A DNA stretch of 64,000 nt from an uncultured Methylophaga sp. (GCA_965215665.1 OZ244110.1:1627062-1691061); one strand, 5' to 3'; positions 1-10,240 are shown, counted from the stretch's first letter. Notes: generated by a model from the sequence alone, not told the origin. Program-made: numbers and translations.

Positions 1-1
1 G

Positions 2-208
2 CACCAGATTGATATCAAAATCCGCATAGGTATGAAAGATCTGCTCGGCATCATCCTGATGACTGTCGGTATTTAAAATCGCCAAAGCGCAATCGCGAAA
101 CAATCGATGCAAATCTTCGCTGGTATTGCTGATGCGTTGGATTTCTTCCTGAGATAGCAGATTTAAGGTTCTTAATGGGCGAATCGTGGTGTATTGGATT
201 TTGTTCAT
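2..208 (-). CDS. ppnN: Nucleotide 5'-monophosphate nucleosidase PpnN/YgdH, N-terminal part (runs off the window edge)
   Basis: Manual translation from ATG 208: MNKIQYTTIRPLRTLNLLSQEEIQRISNTSEDLHRLFRDCALAILNTDS...FDINLV, resembling the E. coli YgdH N-terminus (LSQ.E...DLYQLFRNCSLAVLN...FDINV). Not in the ORF track. Confidence 0.8.
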   Translation of the reverse strand, partial: MNKIQYTTIRPLRTLNLLSQEEIQRISNTSEDLHRLFRDCALAILNTDSHQDDAEQIFHTYADFDINLV

Positions 209-367
209 AGACTTCTAATGATAAAAAAGGCGAGCCAACATACTCCCACTGTTACGGGTGGGAATCAATGGAATAGTCGATGGCCGTTAAAATAGTGGCC
301 AGTTTTTTGTTACAGGAAAGCCAAGCCGGATTGATTCCGGCTCAGTTTGGTTTAAAAATGAAGCTGT

Positions 368-2161
368 TTATTGCTGCTGAACGTAAGCCTGCCAGCCTTT
401 AAGATGACTGATATCGCTAGCGTTGGTGATAGCATACGGCTCACAGATAAAGCCCGTGTACCATTGCTGATCGTCCAGTTGGACCTTACCAATACCTAAT
501 GGGGCAGGGATCCCAGCGACAAACGATCCAAAGCTGGCAGTAGATAATTCCCATAATTCAACTTCAATCGCTTCACCATGTTGTTCATCTCTGACCAGTC
601 CAGGCCGAGCTGGTGGACCGCCGGGAAGTGCATAAAGCCGGTAATCTGAACTGGTTTGTGTGGCGCGTATTAATTTGCCGCCGCGCTCCCGCAATTGCCA
701 GTTAAGCGGTTGTCCTTCTAGATGCGCTCCACAGACAACGACCTGTATCCGGTCCATCACCCCGGCGTTTAACGCATGAGACTCAGCAAGCGGCAACGAG
801 GTTGCTCCCAGCGGTAATTTCAATGTTTGTTGCAATCGATTAGCATAAGATAATAAGCGGGTATCACTGAAGGCTCTGGAAAACAGTGTCACACCAAAAG
901 GTAACCCGTTTGCGTTGAAACCTGCCGGAACGGCAACCGCGCTGCAATCGAGCAGGTTCATAAAGTTGGTGTAGTAACCCAGCTGGCTATTAAGTTTAAT
1001 TGGCTCTGCCTGCACCTCTTTGATTTTGTAAATCTTGCCGGCGGTAGGGGTCAGAATAAAATCAAAGTTTTCCAGTACCGGAGTGACCTGCTGTTTGCAG
1101 TGCTGTAGTTGGTATTCAGCACTAAACAGATCCTCGGCTGAAGCGGTATTATTACTATCGAGAATTTGTTGTAAAACCGGCAGCATATCCTCACGTTTCA
1201 CATTAGCAGTGGCAATTCGCCGTTCTGCCACCCACGGGCCTTCGTATAATAATCTGGCCGCCGTCAGAAACGGCTCAAAATCAATTTCATGACAGGTGCC
1301 GCCAAGTTTTTTCAGTGTTTCAACCGTGTTATAAAAGCCTTGTTCAGTTTCCTGATCGCCAAAAAATGCTAATTGTCCAGCCTGCGGAATGGCAAAGTTA
1401 AAGCTATCAGTTGCAAGTTGGCCATAATTTTTTCGGTTGGTATCTTTATTGTGTCGGGAGTAATCATCCTTGGAATCAAACGCAGCAGCCGCTTCAAATA
1501 CCCGATTTGCATCATCTGTAGTCAAACTGAAAATGGAAACACAATCCAGACTTTTACAGGCAGGCACCACACCGTGATTACTGAGCAAACCTCGCGACGG
1601 TTTCAAACCAATCAGGTTATTGAATGCAGCCGGTACCCGACCTGAACCAGCAGTGTCGGTGCCTAAAGAAAAACTCACCAGCCCCAGTGCGACCGCGACG
1701 GCAGAACCTGAACTGGAACCACCGGAAATATACTCTGGATCAAAACTGTTATGACAGGCTCCCCATTTATCCGGTGAACGCACACCAACGAGCCCGGTGG
1801 CAAATTGATCCATATTGGTTTTGCCAATCGGAATCGCCCCGGCATTAATCAGTAATTCCACCACATGAGCGGATTGCTCTGCTGTGTAGCGATAGGCTTC
1901 ACAACCAGCTGTGACATCCACACCAGCCAATTCAATATTGTCCTTTATCGCAAACGGAATTCCGTACAACGGCAATTTATCAGGTGATTGGCCGATTAAA
2001 TTATCCAGATAAGGCTGAATGGCTTCGCGAGATAACAGGGTTATCCAGATATTTCGATCAGCATAGGTGGTAGCGCGTTTCAGTACCTCATCAATCAGTT
2101 TATGTGGAGACAGCTTGCCATCACGATAAGCCTGATGGATGGCATCAATGGTCATATCCAT
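368..2161 (-). CDS. atzF: Allophanate hydrolase (amidase-signature domain plus C-terminal domain)
   Basis: KDNI, GGSSSGSA and GTDTAGSGRVPA amidase-signature motifs; C-terminal VVVCGAHL domain; start overlaps the carboxylase stop. Confidence 0.95.
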   Translation of the reverse strand: MDMTIDAIHQAYRDGKLSPHKLIDEVLKRATTYADRNIWITLLSREAIQPYLDNLIGQSPDKLPLYGIPFAIKDNIELAGVDVTAGCEAYRYTAEQSAHVVELLINAGAIPIGKTNMDQFATGLVGVRSPDKWGACHNSFDPEYISGGSSSGSAVAVALGLVSFSLGTDTAGSGRVPAAFNNLIGLKPSRGLLSNHGVVPACKSLDCVSIFSLTTDDANRVFEAAAAFDSKDDYSRHNKDTNRKNYGQLATDSFNFAIPQAGQLAFFGDQETEQGFYNTVETLKKLGGTCHEIDFEPFLTAARLLYEGPWVAERRIATANVKREDMLPVLQQILDSNNTASAEDLFSAEYQLQHCKQQVTPVLENFDFILTPTAGKIYKIKEVQAEPIKLNSQLGYYTNFMNLLDCSAVAVPAGFNANGLPFGVTLFSRAFSDTRLLSYANRLQQTLKLPLGATSLPLAESHALNAGVMDRIQVVVCGAHLEGQPLNWQLRERGGKLIRATQTSSDYRLYALPGGPPARPGLVRDEQHGEAIEVELWELSTASFGSFVAGIPAPLGIGKVQLDDQQWYTGFICEPYAITNASDISHLKGWQAYVQQQ

Positions 2162-5100
2162 TATTCTGCCTCCCCGGAAATAACGACCAGTCGATCACCC
2201 ATACCGACCTGCGCGCCGGCCTGTCGTTTAATTTCTGTGACGGTACCGGCTTGAGTCGCTGTTATCTGGATTTCCATTTTCATCGCTTCAAGGATCATCA
2301 ATACATCGCCTTCTTGTACAGACGAGCCGATTTCTACTTCCACTTTCCAGACGCTGCAATTGAGCGGGCTATCAACGGAAATCGCATTTTCTGGCAAAGG
2401 TGCACTTTCCTCATCGATGATCTGCGGTTCATTGCCACTATCAAAATGTAAAAGACCCTCGCGTTTCCAGTGTTCCAGCTCCTGTTCAAAGGCGAGTTCA
2501 CGCTGGCGGGTAAAGCTGTCAATCGACTCTTTATGTTGCTCAATAAACTGGTTATAGCGTTTGAGATTGAAGGTGGTTTCTTCAATCTTCAGCGGGTAAT
2601 TGCCCTGTGGAAAATCACGACGGATCTGTACCAGTTCATCATGAGTAACTTCATAAAACTTGATTTGATCGAAAAAACGTAACAACCAGGGTTTAGTGAA
2701 TTCAGTGGTTTGCAGATAACGATTCCACATCTGCAGGGTCCGGCCGATAAACTGATAGCCACCCGGTCCTTCCATGCCATAAACGCACAGATAGGAACCG
2801 CCGATACCTACAGAGTTTTCAGCCGTCCAGGTCCGGGCAGGGTTATATTTGGTGGTGACCAGACGGTGTCTGGGGTCCAGTGGCGTTGCGACTGGCGCGC
2901 CCAGATAGACATCGCCCAGGCCCATCACCAGATAACTGGCCTCAAACACAATACGCTTCACTTCATCGACCGAGCTAAGTCCGTTTATACGACGAATAAA
3001 CTCAATATTATCCGGACACCAGGGAGCGTTATGACGTACCCCTTGCATATACTTCTGAATAGCTTGCTGACAGGCTTCGTCATTCCAGGAAATGGGTAAA
3101 TGCACGATACGTGCAGGCACGTCCATTTCTTCGATATTGCTGATTTCCTGTTCAGCTTTTTTGAGAATACCAACCAGAGTTTCCAGGGAAATTTGCAGAC
3201 CATTGTAGTGGATCTGCAGCGAACGAATACCGGGTGTAAGCTCCCGTAATCCTTGGATATTTTGATCCTGTAACCACAACATCAACGCATGTACCTTAAA
3301 GCGCAGATTGATATCCAGTTTCAGTTCGCCATATTCGACCAGCAGATAATGATCGCCAGCCAACCGGTAGCAGACATCTATACCAGTCTCTGGCGAATTC
3401 AGCGTGTCATAGATGGGCGAGCCAATTTCTGTGGGGACGACCTCAACAGATTGTTGCGTCAAATTGCTCAGCGATTCCAGCTGAGCCCGTTCCATGGCTC
3501 TGGCGGTTTCTATCGACACTGGAATAAACCGCACGGTATCGCCGGCTTTTAATTGGCCTATTTTCCATAGTTCTGCGGTGATTACCGTGGCCGGACAGAC
3601 AAAGCCACCCAACGACGGACCATCGGGGCCGAGAATAATCGGCATATCACCAGTGAAATCAATGGTGCCCACCGCATAGGCATTATCATGAATATTGGAC
3701 GGGTGTAAGCCTGCTTCGCCGCCGGTATTTCGAGCCCATTCCGGACGTGGTCCAATCAGTCTGATACCGGTGCGGCTGGAGTTATAGTGAATTTTCCAGT
3801 CAGCGGCAAAAAACGTTTCGATATCCTTTTCGGTGAAGAAATCCGGCGCGCCATGCGGGCCGTAAATAACCTTAATCTCCCAGTGAGTGGTTATTTGCGG
3901 AATTAATTCGGCAGGCGTTGTTGTTAAATCAACTTGAGAGGTTTCATCTGATAAATGAAGAACATCACCAGTTTTTAACGTTCGACCGACATGGCCGCCA
4001 AATTGACCCAGGGTAAAGGTGGAGCGGGAGCCTAGATAATTCGGGCATTGAATGCCACCAGCCACCAGCAGATAAGACCGCGTACCGGCGGCTTTGATTT
4101 GACCCAGTGTAAGTTTGTCGCCGCTAGTGACAGAGTATATTTGCCAGCAATCAATCGGCTCGCCATTGAGTTTGGTCTCAATGGTGGCACCAGTAATGAT
4201 AATTTGGCTGCTGCAGTTAAATACCAGTTCCGGGCCGCTCAGCGTGATTTCCAATCCAGCACAGTCTTCCGTGTTACCAAGCAGACGATTACCCAACCGG
4301 AACGACCAGTTGTCATACGGGCCAGAAGGCGGAATGCCGATATCCCAATAGCCTTGCCGACCGGGATAATCCTGCACTGTGGTCATGGTGCCTGGCGATA
4401 TAACACTGAAGGTATTGGGCTGATAAACAAAACTGTCCAGATACCGAGTGGTGATGCTGGCGGATAAAAAGGCGGCATCATTCAAAATATGGCTGAGATA
4501 GTCGGTATTGGTTTCAATACCGTAGATGCTGATTTGTTTCAGTGCTGTGAGCAGTTTCTCATGCGCCGTTTCGCGTGTTTCTGCAAAGCTGATCACTTTA
4601 GCCAGCATCGGATCAAAAAAAGGCGAGATCTCGATACCGGGTTTAATCCAGTGATCGATACGTAAATCCGGCAGTTGAGGAAAAATAACCTCCGTTAACA
4701 AGCCAGCAGACGGCTGGAATTTTTTGAATGGATCTTCGGCATACAACCTTACTTGTATGGCATGACCATGAGGTTTGGGTGCTTTGAGAGGCAATGTGCT
4801 TTCCTGCGCTCCGACCTCAATCATCCAGCGAACCAGATCCACCTGATAAATAGCCTCGGTAACACCGTGCTCAACCTGCAGCCGGGTATTTACCTCCAGA
4901 AAATAAAAGTCATGTGTCTGGGCATCGTAGACAAATTCCACGGTACCGGCGCTGCGATAATTAACAGCTGCCATTAACCGGACGGCAACCTCGTGCATAG
5001 ACTGACGAACGTTGTCGGGAATATTCGGCGCTGGCGCTTCTTCAATCACTTTCTGATTACGCCGTTGACTGGAACAGTCCCGATCGCCCAGTGCCAGAAC

Positions 5101-5757
5101 ATGTCCCTGACCATCGCCGATAATCTGCACTTCGATATGTCGCGCCTGGGTGATAAATTTTTCGATAAACACGCCATCATTGGAAAAATTATTAGCGCCG
5201 AGTCGTTTAACCGAATTAAAGGCGTTTTTCAGCTCAGCTTCGTTATCACAACGGCTCATGCCGATACCGCCACCACCGGCGGTGGATTTAAGCATTACCG
5301 GATAACCTACGATCTGAGCAGTTGTGATCGCCTGTTCAATATCCGCGAGTAATTCTGAGCCGGGCAATAACGGAACATCGTTTTGCTGAGCCAGTGCTCT
5401 GGCACTGTGTTTCAGACCAAAGGCTTCCATCTGCTCCGGTGTGGGGCCCAGAAAAACCAGATTATTGGCTTCACAAAGCCGGGCAAAGTCGGGGTTTTCA
5501 CTTAAAAAACCATAACCGGGATGAATTGCTTCTGCGCCGATTTCTCTGGCAATTTCGAGAATGCGTTGCTGATTCAGATAAGTGTCTGCAGCGCGGCCTT
5601 CTCCAAGCGAAAAGGCTTCATCAGCAGTACTGACATGCAAAGAGTCACGGTCCGCTTCTGCATAGATGGCAACAGCCTGAATACCCATTTGCTGGAGGGT
5701 GCGAATGATTCTGGTGGCAATAGCCCCGCGGTTGGCAATTAAAATCTTCTTGAACAT
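2161..5757 (-). CDS. uca: Urea/guanidine carboxylase (biotin carboxylase, carboxyltransferase and biotin-carrier domains)
   Basis: ILIANRGAIA, HPGYGFLSEN, FLEVNTRLQVEH biotin carboxylase motifs; HPSNIHD and GMEGPGGYQ carboxyltransferase motifs; EAMKM biotinylation site; 1198 aa. Riboswitch context points to guanidine as substrate. Confidence 0.95.
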   Translation of the reverse strand: MFKKILIANRGAIATRIIRTLQQMGIQAVAIYAEADRDSLHVSTADEAFSLGEGRAADTYLNQQRILEIAREIGAEAIHPGYGFLSENPDFARLCEANNLVFLGPTPEQMEAFGLKHSARALAQQNDVPLLPGSELLADIEQAITTAQIVGYPVMLKSTAGGGGIGMSRCDNEAELKNAFNSVKRLGANNFSNDGVFIEKFITQARHIEVQIIGDGQGHVLALGDRDCSSQRRNQKVIEEAPAPNIPDNVRQSMHEVAVRLMAAVNYRSAGTVEFVYDAQTHDFYFLEVNTRLQVEHGVTEAIYQVDLVRWMIEVGAQESTLPLKAPKPHGHAIQVRLYAEDPFKKFQPSAGLLTEVIFPQLPDLRIDHWIKPGIEISPFFDPMLAKVISFAETRETAHEKLLTALKQISIYGIETNTDYLSHILNDAAFLSASITTRYLDSFVYQPNTFSVISPGTMTTVQDYPGRQGYWDIGIPPSGPYDNWSFRLGNRLLGNTEDCAGLEITLSGPELVFNCSSQIIITGATIETKLNGEPIDCWQIYSVTSGDKLTLGQIKAAGTRSYLLVAGGIQCPNYLGSRSTFTLGQFGGHVGRTLKTGDVLHLSDETSQVDLTTTPAELIPQITTHWEIKVIYGPHGAPDFFTEKDIETFFAADWKIHYNSSRTGIRLIGPRPEWARNTGGEAGLHPSNIHDNAYAVGTIDFTGDMPIILGPDGPSLGGFVCPATVITAELWKIGQLKAGDTVRFIPVSIETARAMERAQLESLSNLTQQSVEVVPTEIGSPIYDTLNSPETGIDVCYRLAGDHYLLVEYGELKLDINLRFKVHALMLWLQDQNIQGLRELTPGIRSLQIHYNGLQISLETLVGILKKAEQEISNIEEMDVPARIVHLPISWNDEACQQAIQKYMQGVRHNAPWCPDNIEFIRRINGLSSVDEVKRIVFEASYLVMGLGDVYLGAPVATPLDPRHRLVTTKYNPARTWTAENSVGIGGSYLCVYGMEGPGGYQFIGRTLQMWNRYLQTTEFTKPWLLRFFDQIKFYEVTHDELVQIRRDFPQGNYPLKIEETTFNLKRYNQFIEQHKESIDSFTRQRELAFEQELEHWKREGLLHFDSGNEPQIIDEESAPLPENAISVDSPLNCSVWKVEVEIGSSVQEGDVLMILEAMKMEIQITATQAGTVTEIKRQAGAQVGMGDRLVVISGEAE

Positions 5758-5776
5758 GGTTTCATCATCTCAAGGT

Positions 5777-5826
5777 GTGGGTCGTCCCACTGAAAAACCG
5801 GCGTGTTTCAAGTCGTCTCAAAACAC
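5777..5826 (-). ncRNA. Guanidine-II (mini-ykkC) riboswitch
   Basis: Minus strand GUGUUUUGAG-ACGA-CUUGAAACAC, linker GCCGGUUUUUCA, then GUGGG-ACGA-CCCAC: two hairpins with ACGR tetraloops, about 20 nt before the uca ATG. Confidence 0.9.
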
Positions 5827-5845
5827 GTTATTGCTGTTTGTATTA

Positions 5846-6484
5846 TCAATCCCAGATGTATAGGCCTATCGGTGTCGGGTTGTAGGCATTACAAGGGTTA
5901 TTAAGCTGAGGACAATTAGAAATCAACACAATGACATCCATTTGAGCCTGCATTTCAACGTATTTACCGGCTTCGGAAATACCGTCTGCAAAGGTCAATC
6001 CACCTTGTTCGGTGACCGGTACATTCATAAAAAAATTGATGTTGTGCGTGATATCGCGTTTGCTGATGCCGAACTGTTCGTTTTCCGCAACCGCCAACAT
6101 CCAGCTGTCACGGCAGGCATGCATGGTTTTCTTCTCCAGTGCGTAACGCACGGTGTTGGATTCCGTAGCACAGGCACCGCCTAACGTATCGTGACGACCG
6201 CAGGTGTCGGCGGTAATGGTTAACATGGGATTTCCCATATTGGTCAACAACGTGGTGCCGGCAGTCAGGTAAACGTTTTTCTGTTCACGAATGGTATCAA
6301 TCGCGCTGTAGCGTTCAGCAGGATCAGCAACACTGTAGAACAGCGTATCTGCTGCCTGATTGCCGTGTAAATCCACAATCCGTAAGGTCTGGTTTTTCAG
6401 CAGAGGTTGCATCCAGTAATCACCAGCCAGTACCTCTTCGTAACGGACTGCCTGATTAATATTCAAATGACTTTCTTTAATCAC
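5846..6484 (-). CDS. cgdB: Urea carboxylase-associated DUF1989 protein, carboxyguanidine deiminase subunit B
   Basis: [13 protein letters not shown]-like, INFFMNVP and [13 protein letters not shown] motifs; start re-placed at GTG 6484 after an AAAGGA Shine-Dalgarno (the longer ORF-track start overlaps the upstream gene). Confidence 0.85.
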   Translation of the reverse strand: MIKESHLNINQAVRYEEVLAGDYWMQPLLKNQTLRIVDLHGNQAADTLFYSVADPAERYSAIDTIREQKNVYLTAGTTLLTNMGNPMLTITADTCGRHDTLGGACATESNTVRYALEKKTMHACRDSWMLAVAENEQFGISKRDITHNINFFMNVPVTEQGGLTFADGISEAGKYVEMQAQMDVIVLISNCPQLNNPCNAYNPTPIGLYIWD

Positions 6485-6504
6485 GATCTGTTTGTCCTTT
6501 TTCG

Positions 6505-7245
6505 TTAATGATGTGCACACAGGTGATAGAGACGATTGTTTGCAAAACCACGTTGGTTTTCGGCACAGGCATTCAGGCACAGATCGTCTTCAGTGACGGC
6601 GGCAGCATTACGAATTTGATAGATAACGGGGTTTTTCGGATAGGTCGCTGCCGTGTTCATCGGGTGTGGGCAGGTGTGGAACAGCACCAGGGTATCCATT
6701 TCAAAGCGCAGATCTACATAATCACCGGCTTTACTGTGGTTTTCGACATAGGTCAGATTGCCAAGATCATCTGTTTTGATACTGCTAAACAAATTCAGAT
6801 TGGCTGCCATATCGCGTTTATTCAGACCATATTTGGCCAATTCGACTAAAAAGGCCTGTTCGCCACTGATGGTCCAATCATTACGAAACTGTTGGTAATT
6901 TTTGACGCCCCATTTAGCCTCCAACGTAGCATTGGTCAGATTGCCGCCAACGGTATCGTGCCAGCCCAGTGTATCTTCAGTGATTGAGCAAAAAATGCGG
7001 CCCATATCGGAATAGAGACAGTGGCCCTTGGTAAGTTTGAAGGTGTGCTGACATTTCAAGGTGTCGGGAGCGTTGTAGCGTTCCAGCATATTCTCCGGGT
7101 TGTAAAACAACATGCCGACATTGGCACCACCTTCCTGGTCAATCAGCCGCAGGGTGGTGCCTTTTCGCATCAGCATTGACCAATGAGCTCCACCTGGAAG
7201 TGTGTCTTGATATAAAACATCTTTGTCTTGGGTAATTTCAGTCAT
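6505..7245 (-). CDS. cgdA: Urea carboxylase-associated DUF1989 protein, carboxyguanidine deiminase subunit A
   Basis: [29 protein letters not shown] motifs; paired with a second DUF1989 gene upstream of uca. Confidence 0.85.
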   Translation of the reverse strand: MTEITQDKDVLYQDTLPGGAHWSMLMRKGTTLRLIDQEGGANVGMLFYNPENMLERYNAPDTLKCQHTFKLTKGHCLYSDMGRIFCSITEDTLGWHDTVGGNLTNATLEAKWGVKNYQQFRNDWTISGEQAFLVELAKYGLNKRDMAANLNLFSSIKTDDLGNLTYVENHSKAGDYVDLRFEMDTLVLFHTCPHPMNTAATYPKNPVIYQIRNAAAVTEDDLCLNACAENQRGFANNRLYHLCAHH

Positions 7246-8023
7246 TATTTATAGCCTGTTGTGTCATCAACGTCTCTTGAAAATCTTTGTTGATTTGTTT
7301 TTTGGAACGTCCTACCGGTATGTCATAGGTGATCGATGCTCCATAACGGTTTGGCTGATCAGGATCATGGCGCTGTTTATCAAAGACCAGCAGTTGGGTG
7401 CCTAGGGAGAAACCTTCGGAGAGATCATGGGTGATCATAAAAATCGTGATATTGGTCTCGCGCCAGATATCCAGAATCAACTCATGCATATCGGATCGAA
7501 TACCGGGATCCAGTGCACCGAAGGGTTCATCCAGTAACAGAATTTGTGGCTGTTTAATTAAGGCCTGAGCAATTGCCAGGCGTTGTTGCATACCCCCTGA
7601 TAATTCGCTGGGATATTTGGTTAAAGCGTGGTCTAGACCGACCTTTTCCAGCAAAGCAATCGCTCGTTCACGAATAGCCTGACGTTTTTTGCCAAAGCAG
7701 CGACCCAGTAGGGGAGATTCCTTCAGTTCCTCACCCAGCATCACGTTTTCGACGACGTTAAGGTGGGAAAATACCGAGTATTTCTGAAACACAATACCGC
7801 GATCAGCACCCGGTTCATTGGCTATTGGTTTACCGTTTAACAGCAATTCACCTCGAGTGGGTTGCTCAGTGCCCAGCAGCATTTTCAGGAAGGTGGTTTT
7901 GCCACAACCTGATGCACCAACCAGCGTGACAAATTCGCCGGCTTTGACATCAAGATTGATATTTTCCAGCACGATATTGTCGCCGTATTCCTTCCATAGA
8001 TTTTTGATCTTGATATCGTTCAT
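7238..8023 (-). CDS. ABC transporter ATP-binding protein (TauB/NrtD-like; probable guanidine uptake)
   Basis: Walker A GASGCGKT, signature LSGGMQQR, Walker B LLLDEPFGALD. Confidence 0.92.
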   Translation of the reverse strand: MNDIKIKNLWKEYGDNIVLENINLDVKAGEFVTLVGASGCGKTTFLKMLLGTEQPTRGELLLNGKPIANEPGADRGIVFQKYSVFSHLNVVENVMLGEELKESPLLGRCFGKKRQAIRERAIALLEKVGLDHALTKYPSELSGGMQQRLAIAQALIKQPQILLLDEPFGALDPGIRSDMHELILDIWRETNITIFMITHDLSEGFSLGTQLLVFDKQRHDPDQPNRYGASITYDIPVGRSKKQINKDFQETLMTQQAINND

Positions 8024-8847
8024 TTGCTTTCTCCCTGCTCATTCGCATGCCAGGGAAAAACGCCTTTTGACAGGCGTCTCAGCAGGTAATCCATCAAAAA
8101 GGCCAACAAGGTGATCCACACCACATAAGGCAAAATGATGTCCATCGACATATAACGTCGAACCAGAAAAATCCGGTATCCCAGCCCTTCGGTGGCTGAA
8201 ATGGCTTCTGCTGCAATGAGAAATAACCAGGCTGAGCCCAGACTCAAACGAACCGCATCAATCAACTTGGGTAACACCTGAGGTAACACTACCCGCAGAA
8301 TCAATTGCCAGCTGTTGGCGCCCAATGTCTGAGCTTTAATGATGATTTCATGCGGTAATGCCATCACCCTGAGCTGTACATCCCGAATCAGAAAGGGCGT
8401 GATGCCGAGCACAATCAGCATCACTTTGGAGAGTTCACCCAGACCGAAGATAATGAACAATATCGGCAAAATCGCTAAAGGTGGCACCAGTGAAATGATG
8501 GTTATCACCGGTGCTATTCCAGCTCTGATCAATGGAATAATGCCGACCAGAATGCCAATAATCAGACCGGTCAAAGCACTGATGCCGACGCCGAGTGCCA
8601 GCCTTTGCAGACTGGCAGCCGTATCCGCCCACAATACATAATCACCGGTACGCTTGTTGGGCTCGAATGCCAGATAAGACACCGCATCGATAAAAGACTG
8701 CATTGACGGCATCAATTTATCATTCGGGTTAATCGCCAGACGTTCACTGGAAAAGTAAAAATAAACAATCCCAATAACAACGAATGGCAATAGACCCAGC
8801 AGGCATTTTCCTAGAGTACCTGGACGTTGATTGATCAGTCTCTTCAC
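8020..8847 (-). CDS. ABC transporter permease (urea carboxylase system)
   Basis: Several hydrophobic helices, AQTLGAN EAA-like loop, WLFLIAAEAI motif; between binding-protein and ATPase genes. Confidence 0.92.
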   Translation of the reverse strand: MKRLINQRPGTLGKCLLGLLPFVVIGIVYFYFSSERLAINPNDKLMPSMQSFIDAVSYLAFEPNKRTGDYVLWADTAASLQRLALGVGISALTGLIIGILVGIIPLIRAGIAPVITIISLVPPLAILPILFIIFGLGELSKVMLIVLGITPFLIRDVQLRVMALPHEIIIKAQTLGANSWQLILRVVLPQVLPKLIDAVRLSLGSAWLFLIAAEAISATEGLGYRIFLVRRYMSMDIILPYVVWITLLAFLMDYLLRRLSKGVFPWHANEQGESK

Positions 8848-8871
8848 GAGAAACTCCCTGTGTTACTTAAC

Positions 8872-9939
8872 TTAAAGGGCGTTATCCGCGGCCATTTTCA
8901 TGAAGCTGGAATCAAATCTGAGTTTGACATTATTTTTATCGCCTGCCACGTCACCGTTAGGGTAGGCAATTCCAATAAAATCAGCATCCATCGCACCATC
9001 GCCTAACAAACCATGGTCAAATGAGAAGTCAGTAATGTGTTTCATCGTAGCTTGCAGCTGAGCGCTGTTGGCAAAACTGACTGCTTCGGCGGCTGTGTAG
9101 AACATGTTGGTTGCATCCAGCTGTGCTTGATAGCCTGCGAGATCGGTTCCTGATGCTTCAGCCATCATGGTCAAGGCTTCTTCATCACCTGCTTGCATTT
9201 TGGCCATGATTTCATACCAGGCGCCGGTTAACGCTTTACCAAAAGCCGGATTAGCTTCTAGCGTTTCAGTGTTAACTACTAACAGGTCGATGATTTCGCC
9301 CGGGATGTCGGAGGAATCAAATACCTTGGTGGTATCAGGAATAGCGGTGATTTCTGACAGTAATGGATTCCAGGTGACTGTGGAGGTGACATCCGATGCA
9401 TTAAATACTCCTACCAGATCGGCATCAGAAGTGTTGACCACGGTTACATCGCGTTCACTCATCTCTACGCTATCCAAAGCACGCGCTAACAAGTAATGCG
9501 AAACGGATAATTCGACCAGATTGACCCGTTGACCTTTAATATCGGCAAGCTTTTTATCTGCGCCTTTCAGCACGATGCCATCATTGCCGTTGGAAAAGTC
9601 ACCGATGATTAAAGCTGTACTATCCACACCACCCGCAGCAGGAATGGTCAGGGCATCCATATTGGTCATGGTGCACCCATCAAACTGGCCAGCGGTATAT
9701 TGATTAATAGATTCGATGTAATCGTTGATCTGCACGACATCTATTTCGATATCGTATTTATCAGCCCACTTTTTAACGATGCCTGCATTATCAGCGTAAT
9801 CCCATGGCATCCAGCCGGCATAAATTGTCCAGGCAATACTAAATTTATCTTTGGTTTCAGCGTGTGCTGCTAATGGGGAAATAATAAAAGAGAGTGAAAG
9901 CAGCAAAACGCTGCCGATGCGGTAAAAAGTGCGCTTCAT
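8872..9939 (-). CDS. ABC periplasmic substrate-binding protein of the urea carboxylase system (probable guanidine binding)
   Basis: Signal peptide; WTIYAGWMPW, NDYIESINQY, MTNMDAL, GDFSNGND motifs; first gene after the guanidine-I riboswitch. Confidence 0.9.
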   Translation of the reverse strand: MKRTFYRIGSVLLLSLSFIISPLAAHAETKDKFSIAWTIYAGWMPWDYADNAGIVKKWADKYDIEIDVVQINDYIESINQYTAGQFDGCTMTNMDALTIPAAGGVDSTALIIGDFSNGNDGIVLKGADKKLADIKGQRVNLVELSVSHYLLARALDSVEMSERDVTVVNTSDADLVGVFNASDVTSTVTWNPLLSEITAIPDTTKVFDSSDIPGEIIDLLVVNTETLEANPAFGKALTGAWYEIMAKMQAGDEEALTMMAEASGTDLAGYQAQLDATNMFYTAAEAVSFANSAQLQATMKHITDFSFDHGLLGDGAMDADFIGIAYPNGDVAGDKNNVKLRFDSSFMKMAADNAL

Positions 9940-9976
9940 TTTGGTAGTACCTCACAGCTTAGGTTAAGAACACGGT

Positions 9977-10004
9977 GAAAGAGATGTTTTATTCAAACAA
10001 TCTC
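9977..10004 (-). terminator. Putative riboswitch expression-platform hairpin
   Basis: Minus strand GAGAUUGUUU-GAAU-AAAACAUCUC followed by UUUC; the 5' arm overlaps the aptamer's conserved 3' GGGAG. Short U tract lowers confidence. Confidence 0.55.
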
Positions 10005-10095
10005 CCGGGCTTTTATCCCTCCGTGTAACCTTCGCTGTGAAGGTCGGTCACTCTCGGTCCAGACGTTATTTACATAACCGGAACCCTAGAGACCC
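10001..10095 (-). ncRNA. Guanidine-I (ykkC-yxkD) riboswitch
   Basis: Minus strand contains the diagnostic blocks CUAGGGUUCCG, GUCUGGACCGAGAG, a P2 hairpin ACCUUC/GAAGGU and ACACGGAGGGAUAAAAGCCCGGGAG. Confidence 0.97.
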
Positions 10096-10149
10096 TATTG
10101 CTGTTCTTTTGGTGTGATAAAAACACCTCTAACACGCTATCCCTATCAA

Positions 10150-10166
10150 AGCATCATTCAGGCCAG
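10150..10166 (-). promoter_or_regulatory. Sigma54 (-24/-12) promoter of the guanidine operon
   Basis: Minus strand CTGGCCTGAATGATGCT has exact GG-N10-GC spacing, about 55 nt upstream of the aptamer. Confidence 0.7.
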
Positions 10167-10240
10167 TTTTCCGGAGGCCTGAAATATCTATAAAAATCAA
10201 TAGTCTTAAGGTTTTTAAGGTTGTGGTGGCTTTATTTTTA

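Noticed and set aside
6485-6580. N-terminal extension of cgdB in the ORF track
   Set aside because: Overlaps cgdA; a Shine-Dalgarno plus GTG at 6484 gives a normal-length protein.
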